A DNA stretch of 57,901 nt from Candidatus Saccharimonadia bacterium (GTDB lineage Bacteria > Patescibacteriota > Saccharimonadia > UBA4664 > SCTI01): assembly GCA_046597065.1 (NCBI GenBank), contig JBKJLI010000003.1, forward strand, positions 356,841 through 414,741, written 5' to 3'. Below, in pieces: positions 17,459 through 25,793 of the stretch. The stretch's first letter is position 1; the number at the start of each line of letters is the position of its first letter. Below the pieces are notes generated by a model that worked only from the letters and a program-made list of their open reading frames with translations, had not been told where the DNA came from and made no database searches. Position numbers and translations under genes: made by a program.

Positions 17459-19870
17459 TTACGGGGTGGTTGGTGTGCCACTGGGTGGAGCATTCCCGCC
17501 GCCGCCTCCACTAGGAGGCGTGTTGCCTCCGTCACCCGGTGTAGTGTTGCCACCTCCCCCGCCACCACGGCCCCCGCCACCGGTTGGTGCCGGTCCAACG
17601 GCTTGTTCTGGGCTTGGTGTTTGCTGCTGCCCCAGGGGTACTGGTGCCGGAGTAGCGGCAGGTGCAACTTGGGCACCACCACCTATGCTGCCACAGCGTT
17701 TGGTTGGTACTGCTTCGGCCAGAAAAACTTCGTTTACTGAACTAGCATCATTTGCTTCGGCTAGTCCGCCATCGGCTTGGCAAATCCTTACGAACACCAC
17801 GCCGGTCGGGATTGTAAAATCATGTATTGGTGTATTTGCTAGGGCCATCTCCATATAGTTGTGCCAAATAGGTGCTGCACCGGTAATGCCGTCCACGTTG
17901 TTCATAGCTGTGTGATCGTTATTGCCCACCCACACGGCTGTTACAAGATCGGGCGTATATCCTACCGTCCAGTTATCGCGGAAATCGTTGGTGGTTCCAG
18001 TTTTGGCCGCGGCCGGTCGACTTAAGGCTAGGGGGTTGTTTGGCCCAAACTCCTCTTGTCGGGCCTTGGTATCGCTTAGGATGTTGGTTAACATAAAGGC
18101 CACGCGGGGGTCTAGCACCTGGGTGTTGGTTTTAGGTGCTGGCTTCGAGATATCCTGCCCAAAACGGTCATCAACACTGGTAATAGCTCTAGGTGTAACG
18201 GTTCGACCCTGGTTGGCTAGCGCCGCATAAACTGCTGCCATATCAATCGGTCGGACCTCCCCACCACCTAATACTAAGCTCAGCCCGTAACGCGATTCAT
18301 CAACCAGGCTGGGTTCGGTTATACCTAGACTATGGGCCATAGCAATGGTGTCATGAATGCCGGCGTACTGCAGCACTTCAACGGCCGGGATGTTGAGTGA
18401 GTTTGCCAGGGCACGGCGTAATAATACCGGCCCACGAAACTTCTGGTCGTAGTTTTGAGGCGCGTAAACAGTACCATTGCTCTGGGCTACGCTTAAAGGC
18501 TTGTCATCGACTTTGGTGGCACCGTTCCAGCCCTTGGTAAAGGCCGCGGCGTAAGCAATTGGCTTAAAGCTAGAACCCGGCTGTAGTTCGGCCAGCGTAA
18601 CGTTTACATTACCAAAGCCGGGCTCGTCAAAACCGATGCTGCCCACCATTGTAATGATGTCTCCGGTGTGGGTATCAAGCGACACCAGCCCCCCGTTGGT
18701 GGCGTGGTGATCGGAAAGGCTTAAAACTTGCTCGCGCACAATCCGCTCGCCTTCTACTTGTTTGGCGTAGTCCAAGCTGGTGTGCACCGTTATCCCGCCT
18801 TTTTCAATTGTGTCTTCACCATATGCTCGACGTAGTTCATCTAGCACATAAAAAACAAAGTGTGGTGCTTTGATTTCGATCGTTCGCTGGCTGACTACCA
18901 CCGGTTCAGCTTTGGCAATATCGGCTTGCTGTTGGCTAACGTACCCTTGTTCTTGCATCCGGTCGAGCACGTAGTTACGGCGGTCGGTGGCGGCTTCGAG
19001 ATTAACGTTAGGATCAAATCGGCTTGGGCTCTGGGGCAGCCCGGCCAGGAGTGCGCTTTCACCCAGCGTTAGGTCCTTGGATGGCTTATTAAAGTAGGTT
19101 TGTGCCGCCGCCTGGGCCCCATAGGCACCTTCGCCATAGTAAATGGTGTTTAGATACATTTGTAAGATCTGGTCCTTAGTGTAGTCCGACTCCATCTTTG
19201 ATGACAAAATTACCTCTTGGTATTTGCGAGTAAAAGATTTTTCGCTGCTTAGGAGCGTGGTTTTGACCAACTGCTGCGAAATAGTTGAGCCGCCCTGAGC
19301 CTTACGGGTCTGCAGCAAATCTTCGTAAGCTGCCCGAGCAGTGCTACGCAAAGAAAAGCCGGAATGTTGGTAGAAATCAGGATCCTCGGTAGCCAAGGTG
19401 GCTTGTTTTAAAGTGGCCGGCATCTCATCAATTGAGATGATCCGACGATCAACGGCCCCATAGCCGCGATACAAAACCACCCCATTGCGATCCAAAATTG
19501 TTGTACCGGTATTTTTGGTATTCATGATGATAGATGGGTTGGACAAGCTGGGTCCGTACTTTTTTAATGTTTGATCGGCTACCCGTACCGCAGTCACCGA
19601 GCCACCAATTAACATTGAAAGTGCCATCACAATGTAAAGCGCCCTGGCCCATGTGCCAGTAAGAGTTCGCTTTATACCACCAATAACCAAACCAGCATCA
19701 TGCAAGCCCGCTGATAAATCATTCCAGACCTCTCCACCTAATGGCAGAGCATTTATTGACATATTGTTAGCCGATATCGGCTGTAACATAACCGGTTGTT
19801 TCAGAACTCGAGGCGCCTTTTTCAGCGTCTCATAAAACTGCAGCTGGTTTTTGTGCACCGGTTTCGCCAT
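17459..19870 (-). CDS. Class A penicillin-binding protein (PBP1A type, glycosyltransferase + transpeptidase) with a Gly/Pro-rich tail
   Basis: GT51 motifs ATEDPDFYQH, GGSTISQQL, RKYQE. Transpeptidase motifs SSFK, SLN, KTGTT. C-terminal GGGGRGGGGGGNTTPGDGGNTPPSGGGGGN. Confidence 0.9.
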   Translation of the reverse strand: MAKPVHKNQLQFYETLKKAPRVLKQPVMLQPISANNMSINALPLGGEVWNDLSAGLHDAGLVIGGIKRTLTGTWARALYIVMALSMLIGGSVTAVRVADQTLKKYGPSLSNPSIIMNTKNTGTTILDRNGVVLYRGYGAVDRRIISIDEMPATLKQATLATEDPDFYQHSGFSLRSTARAAYEDLLQTRKAQGGSTISQQLVKTTLLSSEKSFTRKYQEVILSSKMESDYTKDQILQMYLNTIYYGEGAYGAQAAAQTYFNKPSKDLTLGESALLAGLPQSPSRFDPNVNLEAATDRRNYVLDRMQEQGYVSQQQADIAKAEPVVVSQRTIEIKAPHFVFYVLDELRRAYGEDTIEKGGITVHTSLDYAKQVEGERIVREQVLSLSDHHATNGGLVSLDTHTGDIITMVGSIGFDEPGFGNVNVTLAELQPGSSFKPIAYAAAFTKGWNGATKVDDKPLSVAQSNGTVYAPQNYDQKFRGPVLLRRALANSLNIPAVEVLQYAGIHDTIAMAHSLGITEPSLVDESRYGLSLVLGGGEVRPIDMAAVYAALANQGRTVTPRAITSVDDRFGQDISKPAPKTNTQVLDPRVAFMLTNILSDTKARQEEFGPNNPLALSRPAAAKTGTTNDFRDNWTVGYTPDLVTAVWVGNNDHTAMNNVDGITGAAPIWHNYMEMALANTPIHDFTIPTGVVFVRICQADGGLAEANDASSVNEVFLAEAVPTKRCGSIGGGAQVAPAATPAPVPLGQQQTPSPEQAVGPAPTGGGGRGGGGGGNTTPGDGGNTPPSGGGGGNAPPSGTPTTP

Positions 19871-20029
19871 GGTTGTTCGACGCTAGCAGCATCGCCCTCA
19901 AGTAATCGTTAATATTGCATTTGTGGTCTAAAGCAGCCGCGTTTAAGAGCGGCTAAAATGGGCAGTCTCTTAAGACCGACGATAGCACATTTTACAGGTT
20001 AAACAAGCAGTTTTTTATACCGCTTATGG

Positions 20030-22327
20030 CTATGCCTTGCGGACGCGCTTTCGGGCTTTACGGGCCGGTGCGGCCGCAAGCAGTTCGGCGGCCTGTTTAG
20101 CATCAACGGTAGTTGGATCTTGGTCTTTAGGGATCTTAGCGTTCTTTTTACCATCGGTAATGTAGGGTCCGTAGCGGCCAATAAGCACCTTAATACCTCC
20201 ACCAAAATCGTTAATCAGTGCCTTGGCGGCTGCCTCGCGTTTTTCTACAATTAATTCACGAGCTCGTTCCAGCGTAACCGAAAAAGGATCATCTGGCCGA
20301 ATCGAAACCGATGTTGTGCCTGCTTTAACATAAGGCCCAAACGGTCCAAAGTTCGCTCCAATATCCTCTCCCTCTGCGGTCTGCCCCAGAATGCGCGGCA
20401 GTTCAAACAACTTTAACGCCATCTCGATTGTGACGTCACCCATTTTTGCGCCATCGGGTATTGGTGCGAATAGCGGCTTTTTTTCGTCGGTGGTTTCGCC
20501 CATTTGGAGCATCGGCCCAAATCGGCCAATGCGGGCGTAAATTGGCTTACCGTTTTTGGGGTGATTGCCAACTAACCGTGCCTGACTAACTTCTTGGCGG
20601 CTAAGCCCGTCTACGGCGGTGACGGTTTCATGAAAGGGTCCGTAAAATGCCGCTATGACCTCTTGCCACTTGCGTTTACCCTCTTCGATGTCATCAAAGC
20701 TAGCTTCTGAGTCGGCGGTAAACTGGTAATCGATAATGTGCGGGAAGTATTTTACTAAAAAGTCGGTTACAACCTCGCCGGTAGGAGTTGGCAAAAGCTT
20801 GTTCCGGTCGGCGCCGTAATTTTCACTAAGCTTGGTTTCGACCACCGCCTTGCCATCAAAAGTCAGTTCATCGACCTGGCGCTGCTTGCCCTCGACATCG
20901 GCCTTCAGAACGTACTCGCGGTCTTGAATCGTCGAAATGGTAGGAGCGTAGGTAGAGGGTCGGCCAATACCCATTTCTTCTAGTTGGCGCACTAAGCTGG
21001 CCTCGGTGTAGCGAGCTTTGGGTCGGTTAAAGGTTTCGCGACCGATTATCTGTTTTAACGGCAGCGCTTGGCCCTTCTTTAGTGGTGGCAACAGATCTGA
21101 ATCCTCATCTTCATCATCACGACCCTCTAAATAGACTTTCAAAAAGCCATCAAACATTACCATTTCGGCGGCAGCACTAAACCGAGCCGCATTATTTGTT
21201 GGCGCCACGGTAACCGTGGTTTTTTCTAGCTTAGCGGTTGCCATTTGTGAGGCAATCGCCCTTTGCCAAATCAGTTCGTAAAGCCGCCGCTGACCGCTAT
21301 CACCAGTCATACTGTCGCGTCCAAACTCGGTTGGGCGGATGGCCTCGTGAGCCTCCTGCGCCCCGGCCGACTTGGTTTTATAGCTGCGCTGCTCGGCATA
21401 CTGTTTGCCGTAGCGCTTGGTAATTTCGATCGCCGCAGCAGCTAGGGCGGTTTGGCTTAAGTTAACCGAGTCGGTACGCATATAGGTGATTAAGCCGGCT
21501 TCGTAAAGACGCTGGGCCACAGTCATGGTTTGGCGCACCGAAAATCCTAATTTGCGACTAGCCTCTTGCTGTAGGGTTGAAGTGGTAAATGGTGCCGCCG
21601 GGTTGCGCGTGCCGGGTTTGGTCGCAAGCGACTCTACGGAGTAGCTTGATCCTACCAGCCCTTTAAGTAAGTCCTTAACCTCAGTTAGCGAGCCAAGTCG
21701 GCTGGTTAGCTCGGCCTTTAACAAGGAATCGCCAACCTCAAACTCGGCAGTTACCTTGTATTTGGCAGTCGACTCGAAGCCCTCAATTTCGCGCTCGCGT
21801 TCTACAATCAGGCGCACCGCTACCGACTGTACCCGGCCAGCACTTAAACCCGGTCGGACTTTTTTCCATAATACTGGCGACAGCTCATAACCCACCAAGC
21901 GATCTAACACTCGTCGTGCTTGCTGCGCATCAACCAACCCGACATCAACACTGCGTGGGTTAGCAACCGCCTCTAAAATTGCCGGTTTGGTGATTTCGTG
22001 AAACACGATCCGCTTGGTGTTTTTGGGGTCGATGCCAAGAGCACTGCATAGGTGCCAGGCAATCGCCTCGCCTTCACGGTCTTCATCGCTTGCCAGCCAA
22101 ACGGTGGCACCCTTGGCGGCTTTTTTTAGTCCGGCCACAACCTTCTTTTTATCTGCACCGACTTCGTAACTAGGCTCAAAGTTATGTTCGATATCGATTG
22201 ACATACCTTTTTTAGGGAGGTCACGAACATGCCCAAAACTAGCCGCTACCTGATAGTCAGGTCCCAGAAATTTCTGGATAGTAGCGGCTTTTGCGGGTGA
22301 TTCAACAATTACTAAGTTCTTTGCCAT
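20030..22327 (-). CDS. topA: DNA topoisomerase I
   Basis: TOPRIM N-terminus LVIVESPAKA, DEDREGEAI. Active-site region GLITYMRTDS. C-terminal basic tail. Confidence 0.95.
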   Translation of the reverse strand: MAKNLVIVESPAKAATIQKFLGPDYQVAASFGHVRDLPKKGMSIDIEHNFEPSYEVGADKKKVVAGLKKAAKGATVWLASDEDREGEAIAWHLCSALGIDPKNTKRIVFHEITKPAILEAVANPRSVDVGLVDAQQARRVLDRLVGYELSPVLWKKVRPGLSAGRVQSVAVRLIVEREREIEGFESTAKYKVTAEFEVGDSLLKAELTSRLGSLTEVKDLLKGLVGSSYSVESLATKPGTRNPAAPFTTSTLQQEASRKLGFSVRQTMTVAQRLYEAGLITYMRTDSVNLSQTALAAAAIEITKRYGKQYAEQRSYKTKSAGAQEAHEAIRPTEFGRDSMTGDSGQRRLYELIWQRAIASQMATAKLEKTTVTVAPTNNAARFSAAAEMVMFDGFLKVYLEGRDDEDEDSDLLPPLKKGQALPLKQIIGRETFNRPKARYTEASLVRQLEEMGIGRPSTYAPTISTIQDREYVLKADVEGKQRQVDELTFDGKAVVETKLSENYGADRNKLLPTPTGEVVTDFLVKYFPHIIDYQFTADSEASFDDIEEGKRKWQEVIAAFYGPFHETVTAVDGLSRQEVSQARLVGNHPKNGKPIYARIGRFGPMLQMGETTDEKKPLFAPIPDGAKMGDVTIEMALKLFELPRILGQTAEGEDIGANFGPFGPYVKAGTTSVSIRPDDPFSVTLERARELIVEKREAAAKALINDFGGGIKVLIGRYGPYITDGKKNAKIPKDQDPTTVDAKQAAELLAAAPARKARKRVRKA

Positions 22328-22381
22328 GAAGCCTACAATATCGATAAAGCCGCCGTAGTGTAAACCCTTTTATTTTGGGCC

Positions 22382-22410
22382 TTGCACCAACGCCCTTAAG
22401 GGCGTATAAG
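22382..22410 (+). promoter_or_regulatory. Candidate promoter TTGCAC-17 nt-TATAAG with a 14-bp perfect palindrome in the spacer
   Basis: -35 at 22382-22387, -10 at 22405-22410. The spacer contains CGCCCTTAAGGGCG (22391-22404), a possible operator. Confidence 0.45.
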
Positions 22411-22455
22411 ATGTACTATCGTATTTTCGACAATTCGACTAATAGGAGCAGAGCT

Positions 22456-22971
22456 TTGCCTCCCATCAAACGTGAGCCTCTAATGTCATCGCTTAGTCGA
22501 GACGCAATCGCAAGTGGTTACACCAGTAGAAAGGCTGAGGTCAGGCTTCCGGTTCGCTTTGAGCGTGGCAGCCGAGTACTCGATGGCAGGGTGGAGAGCA
22601 CGGTTTTGCCCGAAGAACGCAAGCATCTGCGCGCATTGATGGCATTTCTGAAAACCAGGGGCGAAGTCATTTTCAACCCATCGGGGATAGAGGCTCTGCT
22701 AGAAGAAAATCTTGGGTTTGGCAGGGATCCATTGGTGCTGCTGCTGCGTCACGCGACTTCTGATGGTCATATCTATCGCAAGGTACGAAATGGCTGTACA
22801 GTTGGCATCTCCGCCCCCAAGCGCATGGAAGAACTTGATGAGCTAGACGACGCTCCGGCTAACTTGCATGGCAAGGTTGACCATCATAAGGTTGATCGAT
22901 ACGGCAAAGAGAAGAAGTCGCGCGAAGTAGCAATGCTCGAGGATGTTGATGCGTTGGATGTTGAGAGCTAG
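22456..22971 (+). CDS. Hypothetical protein (about 170 aa), no recognisable motif
   Basis: ORF-track frame 22375-22971. The TTG at 22456 lies 7 nt after AGGAG (22444-22448) and downstream of the candidate promoter; ATG 22483 is an alternative start. Followed by a hairpin terminator. Confidence 0.55.
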   Translation: MPPIKREPLMSSLSRDAIASGYTSRKAEVRLPVRFERGSRVLDGRVESTVLPEERKHLRALMAFLKTRGEVIFNPSGIEALLEENLGFGRDPLVLLLRHATSDGHIYRKVRNGCTVGISAPKRMEELDELDDAPANLHGKVDHHKVDRYGKEKKSREVAMLEDVDALDVES

Positions 22972-22997
22972 ACAGCGACCCACAGACTGTCAAAACT

Positions 22998-23029
22998 GCC
23001 CCCATACGGCGTCCTCGCTGTCTGGGGGC
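22998..23029. terminator. Bidirectional hairpin between the convergent hypothetical ORF and dus
   Basis: GCCCCCA (22998-23004) pairs with TGGGGGC (23023-23029), with additional inner pairing. T-rich sequence follows on the + strand. Confidence 0.55.
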
Positions 23030-23030
23030 G

Positions 23031-24005
23031 CTATTTATTTAGCAGGTAGGTCTTAAGGATTTTGCGTGCTTCATCACCACTTTTGGTCTGCATGATTTTT
23101 GCTCGCAATTCAGATGCTCCGTTAAAACTGTTGATGTAGAGCTTGGCAAACTTTTTCATCGGGTCGTATTTTTTATGCTGGCCCCAGGCAGCTTCATAGG
23201 CTTTCAAGTGGCGTAAAAGTAGGTCTATGCGATCTTTTGGAGTCATTTCTTTTGGCTCTTTAGCAAAAGCTTGGATATCATGCAGCACGCCTCGGCCAAT
23301 CATGATGCCATCTACCCCACTCTCTTGAACTTTCTGCAGGGCTTCGGTTCGGTTCTCTACGTCGCCATTTCCAATAATGATGGTATCGGGAGCTATTTGA
23401 TTGCGCAGCGCCACCACTTTGGCGATCTCGTCCCAGTGGGCCGGAACTTTGCTCATTTCTTTAGCAGTACGGCCGTGTACGGTTAGCGCGGCTATATCTT
23501 GCTTTAATAAGTGGCCACACCATTCATTGGTAATGATCTGGTTTAAACCGATACGGGTTTTTACGCTTACGGGCAGATTGCCGGCTCCGCGCTTGGTGGC
23601 AGCAATTACTTCTGCAGCAATATCTGGGTACTTAATCATGCCTGCGCATGTTCCTCGCCGCACCTTTGCCTTTTCGGGGCAACCCATATTAATATCAATA
23701 CCCACAAAATCGCCGCGGGCAGAAAGGGCTTTAGCGGTTTGGTAGTAATGATCAGGACTTGCACCCCAAATCTGGGCGATCACCGGCACCCCCGCCTTTT
23801 TCTCGGCATCATCAACTTGCAATCTTCGCTCTACACTAGCCCGGCCCTTGGGATGCACAAACCCGTCAACCGAGGCAAACTCGGTGACAGCAAGGTCGGC
23901 CGGCGCTACTTCGGCCACAATTTGTCTAAAGACGGTATCGGTGACATCGTCCATTGGCGCGAGTACCATTATTGGCGATTTAAGCTGTTTCCAGATGTTA
24001 GACAT
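23031..24005 (-). CDS. tRNA-dihydrouridine synthase (Dus family)
   Basis: VLAPMDDVTDTVFRQ, GIDINMGCP, TVHGRT, IIGNGDV. Confidence 0.9.
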   Translation of the reverse strand: MSNIWKQLKSPIMVLAPMDDVTDTVFRQIVAEVAPADLAVTEFASVDGFVHPKGRASVERRLQVDDAEKKAGVPVIAQIWGASPDHYYQTAKALSARGDFVGIDINMGCPEKAKVRRGTCAGMIKYPDIAAEVIAATKRGAGNLPVSVKTRIGLNQIITNEWCGHLLKQDIAALTVHGRTAKEMSKVPAHWDEIAKVVALRNQIAPDTIIIGNGDVENRTEALQKVQESGVDGIMIGRGVLHDIQAFAKEPKEMTPKDRIDLLLRHLKAYEAAWGQHKKYDPMKKFAKLYINSFNGASELRAKIMQTKSGDEARKILKTYLLNK

Positions 24006-24038
24006 GGGGCTACTGTACTGGATATGCCCCCATTTAGG

Positions 24039-24914
24039 CTAGTTGTAGCCAGGGATCCAGATTCCGGCACCTAGATTTCGAGCTCGACCGCTGATCTCCA
24101 TTAAACTGATGGTTTGAGCAAACTCAGAGGCATGCAGCCCACTTGCTTCTACTAGTAGTTGCTCGTCACGAATGCCCTTAAGTAACAGTTTCATGATTAA
24201 CTTTTCGCGTTGGCTTAGGCCAATCAGGCTACGCTCGATCTGCGGCAGTGTGTTATCTAGCCCCAAGGCTTCACGAACATCAACAGCTGAGGTTATCGGA
24301 ATGGCACCATTACGGAGTAAGTTGTTGGGCCCGGCCGAACGCAGACTGGTAATATTACCCGGAACCGCCATCACCACTCGATTAAATTCCAGTGCCTGTT
24401 TGGCCGTTATGCCCGAGCCGCTGTCTTGATTGGCTTCGGTAATAATGGTGCCAAGCGACATGCCCGCGATAATGCGGTTTCGTGCCGGAAAGTGCTGCTT
24501 TAAAGGTGGGGTTCCGGGACGATACTCACTAATAATTGCCCCATTGCCGCGTAAAATTTCCCGACCCAGCTGATCATTTGAACGCGGGTAAATTTCATCG
24601 ATGCCATTTCCTAAAATTGCGACTGTTTGTCCACCGCCATCAATTGCCGCACGGTGAGCAATCGCATCTACCCCCAGGGCTAAGCCCGATACCACCACCA
24701 CTCCGCCAGCCGCTAAATCGCGAGCTAACTTATAGGTAACTTCCTTGCCGTAAGTAGTGGGTCGCCGGCTGCCGACAATCGCAACCATCGGCCCTTTAGG
24801 CAGCTCGCCCCTAACGAGTAACAACGATGGTGGCGACGTTAAACCCTCTCTTAAAAGCGCTGGATATTGTGAGTTAGCATAACTATATTCAGAGAACTGC
24901 ACAAACGCTTGCAT
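24039..24914 (-). CDS. dprA: DNA processing protein DprA (Smf)
   Basis: VAIVGSRRPTTYG, SGLALGVDAIAHRAA, VAILGNGIDEIYP, FPARNRIIAG, plus a C-terminal winged-helix-like part. The ATG at 24914 follows AAGGAG (complement of 24919-24924); the TTG at 24929 in the track is probably an extension. Confidence 0.9.
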   Translation of the reverse strand: MQAFVQFSEYSYANSQYPALLREGLTSPPSLLLVRGELPKGPMVAIVGSRRPTTYGKEVTYKLARDLAAGGVVVVSGLALGVDAIAHRAAIDGGGQTVAILGNGIDEIYPRSNDQLGREILRGNGAIISEYRPGTPPLKQHFPARNRIIAGMSLGTIITEANQDSGSGITAKQALEFNRVVMAVPGNITSLRSAGPNNLLRNGAIPITSAVDVREALGLDNTLPQIERSLIGLSQREKLIMKLLLKGIRDEQLLVEASGLHASEFAQTISLMEISGRARNLGAGIWIPGYN

Positions 24915-24922
24915 AATGCTCC

Positions 24923-24951
24923 TTGACAATTATAACAATATGTGATAGATT
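24923..24951 (+). promoter_or_regulatory. Candidate promoter TTGACA-17 nt-TAGATT pointing into the dprA-pth gap
   Basis: -35 at 24923-24928, -10 at 24946-24951, 17-nt spacer. Divergent from dprA. Confidence 0.5.
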
Positions 24952-24957
24952 CGTACT

Positions 24958-25190
24958 TATACCTTTTTTGGTCGCTCTTCAAACCAGTAAACCCTACTGA
25001 CCTGCCCGCCTACATCGGCCTAAATGCACCCTCCTTTAGGTTGTAGCGGGTAGTTCAGTCCCTCGAATACCCGGTCTCAATATTGTCGCCAGATCGCTAA
25101 AATATCTTCGGATAGGTATTGGAGGGTGCTTCAAAACCCTGTGTCAGTGGTAAGTCTAGTACTACCCTGTTACGGGGTTTTGTTTATTAT
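24958..25190 (+). ncRNA. Candidate structured small RNA (about 230 nt), class unknown
   Basis: No ORF. Promoter at 24923-24951. 9-bp closing helix GCACCCTCC (25026-25034) / GGAGGGTGC (25121-25129) encloses CGGGTA/TACCCG (25047-25052/25068-25073) and TATC-UUCG-GATA (25103-25114). Then a 9-bp hairpin AAAACCCTG/CGGGGTTTT (25133-25181) running into TTTTGTTTATT. Confidence 0.45.
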
Positions 25191-25220
25191 GGCAAGATTA
25201 GATTAAATTGAGATTAAAAC

Positions 25221-25793
25221 TTAGATAAGCTCGCGGGTATGATCATCAAGTTTAGAATCAAGCAATGCAGCCGAAATATAATCGACGGTTTTATCGATTA
25301 GGTCGGGTAGCTGGGCTTGTTCGCTTTTACTAAAGTTGTCTAAAACGAACTTATCGGTCTCGGTATCTCGAAGATAATCATTACTAATCCCCAACCGCGC
25401 TCTCCAGAAGCCATCGCCCAAATGCGCAATCACAGACTTAACGCCATTATGGCCGGCGCTACCACCCCCTAGCCGCACCCGGAGTTGACCAAACTTTAAG
25501 TCAACATCATCATAAATTAGCCAGATGTTTTCTAAATCTACTTTGTAATAACGCACTAATTCACCAACAGCTTGGCCACTTAAGTTCATCATAGTTGTCG
25601 GTTTAACCAAAATCAGATCATGTGGTCCCTTGATGTCGAGAGTTAATGCTTTGGCTTTCGAATGCGGCTTAAATTCGTTTACGTTATGTCCAAATGTTAG
25701 CGCTAAGCTATCTGCAACCATAAATCCTAGATTGTGGCGGGTTTTTTCATAGTTTTCGCCAATATTACCTAGCCCGATAATTAACCGACTCAT
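25221..25793 (-). CDS. pth: Peptidyl-tRNA hydrolase
   Basis: LIIGLGNIG..Y..TRHNLGF, KPTTMMNLSG, DDVDL.FG..R...GGS.AGHNG. ATGA overlap with the der stop. Confidence 0.95.
   Translation of the reverse strand: MSRLIIGLGNIGENYEKTRHNLGFMVADSLALTFGHNVNEFKPHSKAKALTLDIKGPHDLILVKPTTMMNLSGQAVGELVRYYKVDLENIWLIYDDVDLKFGQLRVRLGGGSAGHNGVKSVIAHLGDGFWRARLGISNDYLRDTETDKFVLDNFSKSEQAQLPDLIDKTVDYISAALLDSKLDDHTRELI

Noticed and set aside
17466-17858. 130-aa Pro/Gly-rich + strand ORF.
   Set aside because: It is the antisense shadow of the Gly/Pro-rich tail of PBP1A (GGN repeats read as CCN). It has no start signals.
24958-25190. Tested whether the dprA-pth gap RNA is SRP (4.5S) RNA, 6S RNA or a riboswitch.
   Set aside because: There is no GGAA-capped domain IV motif (AGGUCCGGAAGGAAGCAGC-like) and no long 5'/3' closing helix with a central bubble. 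No downstream gene lies on the same strand for a riboswitch to control. It is kept as an unclassified sRNA candidate.
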